Shown here piece after piece: positions 56,241-64,000 of a stretch of DNA of 64,000 nt; the stretch's first letter is position 1; the number at the start of each line of letters is the position of its first letter. The DNA is taken from the NCBI RefSeq assembly GCF_009914755.1, contig NC_060929.1; one strand, 5' to 3'. The notes under the pieces are model-generated. The model was not told the DNA's origin and searched no databases. It worked only from the letters and a program-made list of their open reading frames with translations. The position numbers and the translations under genes were made by a program. The DNA is from the human T2T-CHM13v2.0 reference genome, Homo sapiens.

Positions 56241-64000
<7,760 letters not shown>

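Overview
Hominid (human or great-ape; SVA and L1PA2 are present) DNA spanning the boundary between a chromosome arm and a pericentromeric alpha-satellite domain. I find no supportable host protein-coding or RNA gene; every long ORF in the track derives from L1, SVA, a decayed hAT transposase, HERV-K gag or satellite. Bases 1-33.7 kb are a nested transposon mosaic: L1PA fragments, a near full-length L1PA3, a decayed Cheshire hAT transposon holding Tigger3a and THE1A, a MER11 solo LTR holding an SVA with a ~435 bp 3' transduction, and Alus, MST, MLT1, LTR16, MER4E, old L1M, L2 and MIR. From ~33.77 kb to the end is diverged ~171 bp alpha satellite with two alternating monomer types and no CENP-B box that I could see, i.e. 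an old inactive layer. It switches strand twice (~35.86 kb, ~52.26 kb). It is interrupted by a collapsed HERV-K11/HML-8 provirus and three 5'-inverted L1s, and contains a degenerate 9/10-monomer higher-order duplication. I did not find a convincing new biological system; the best leads concern retrotransposition mechanism and centromere evolution. Repeat subfamily names come from recalled consensus features, not a database search.
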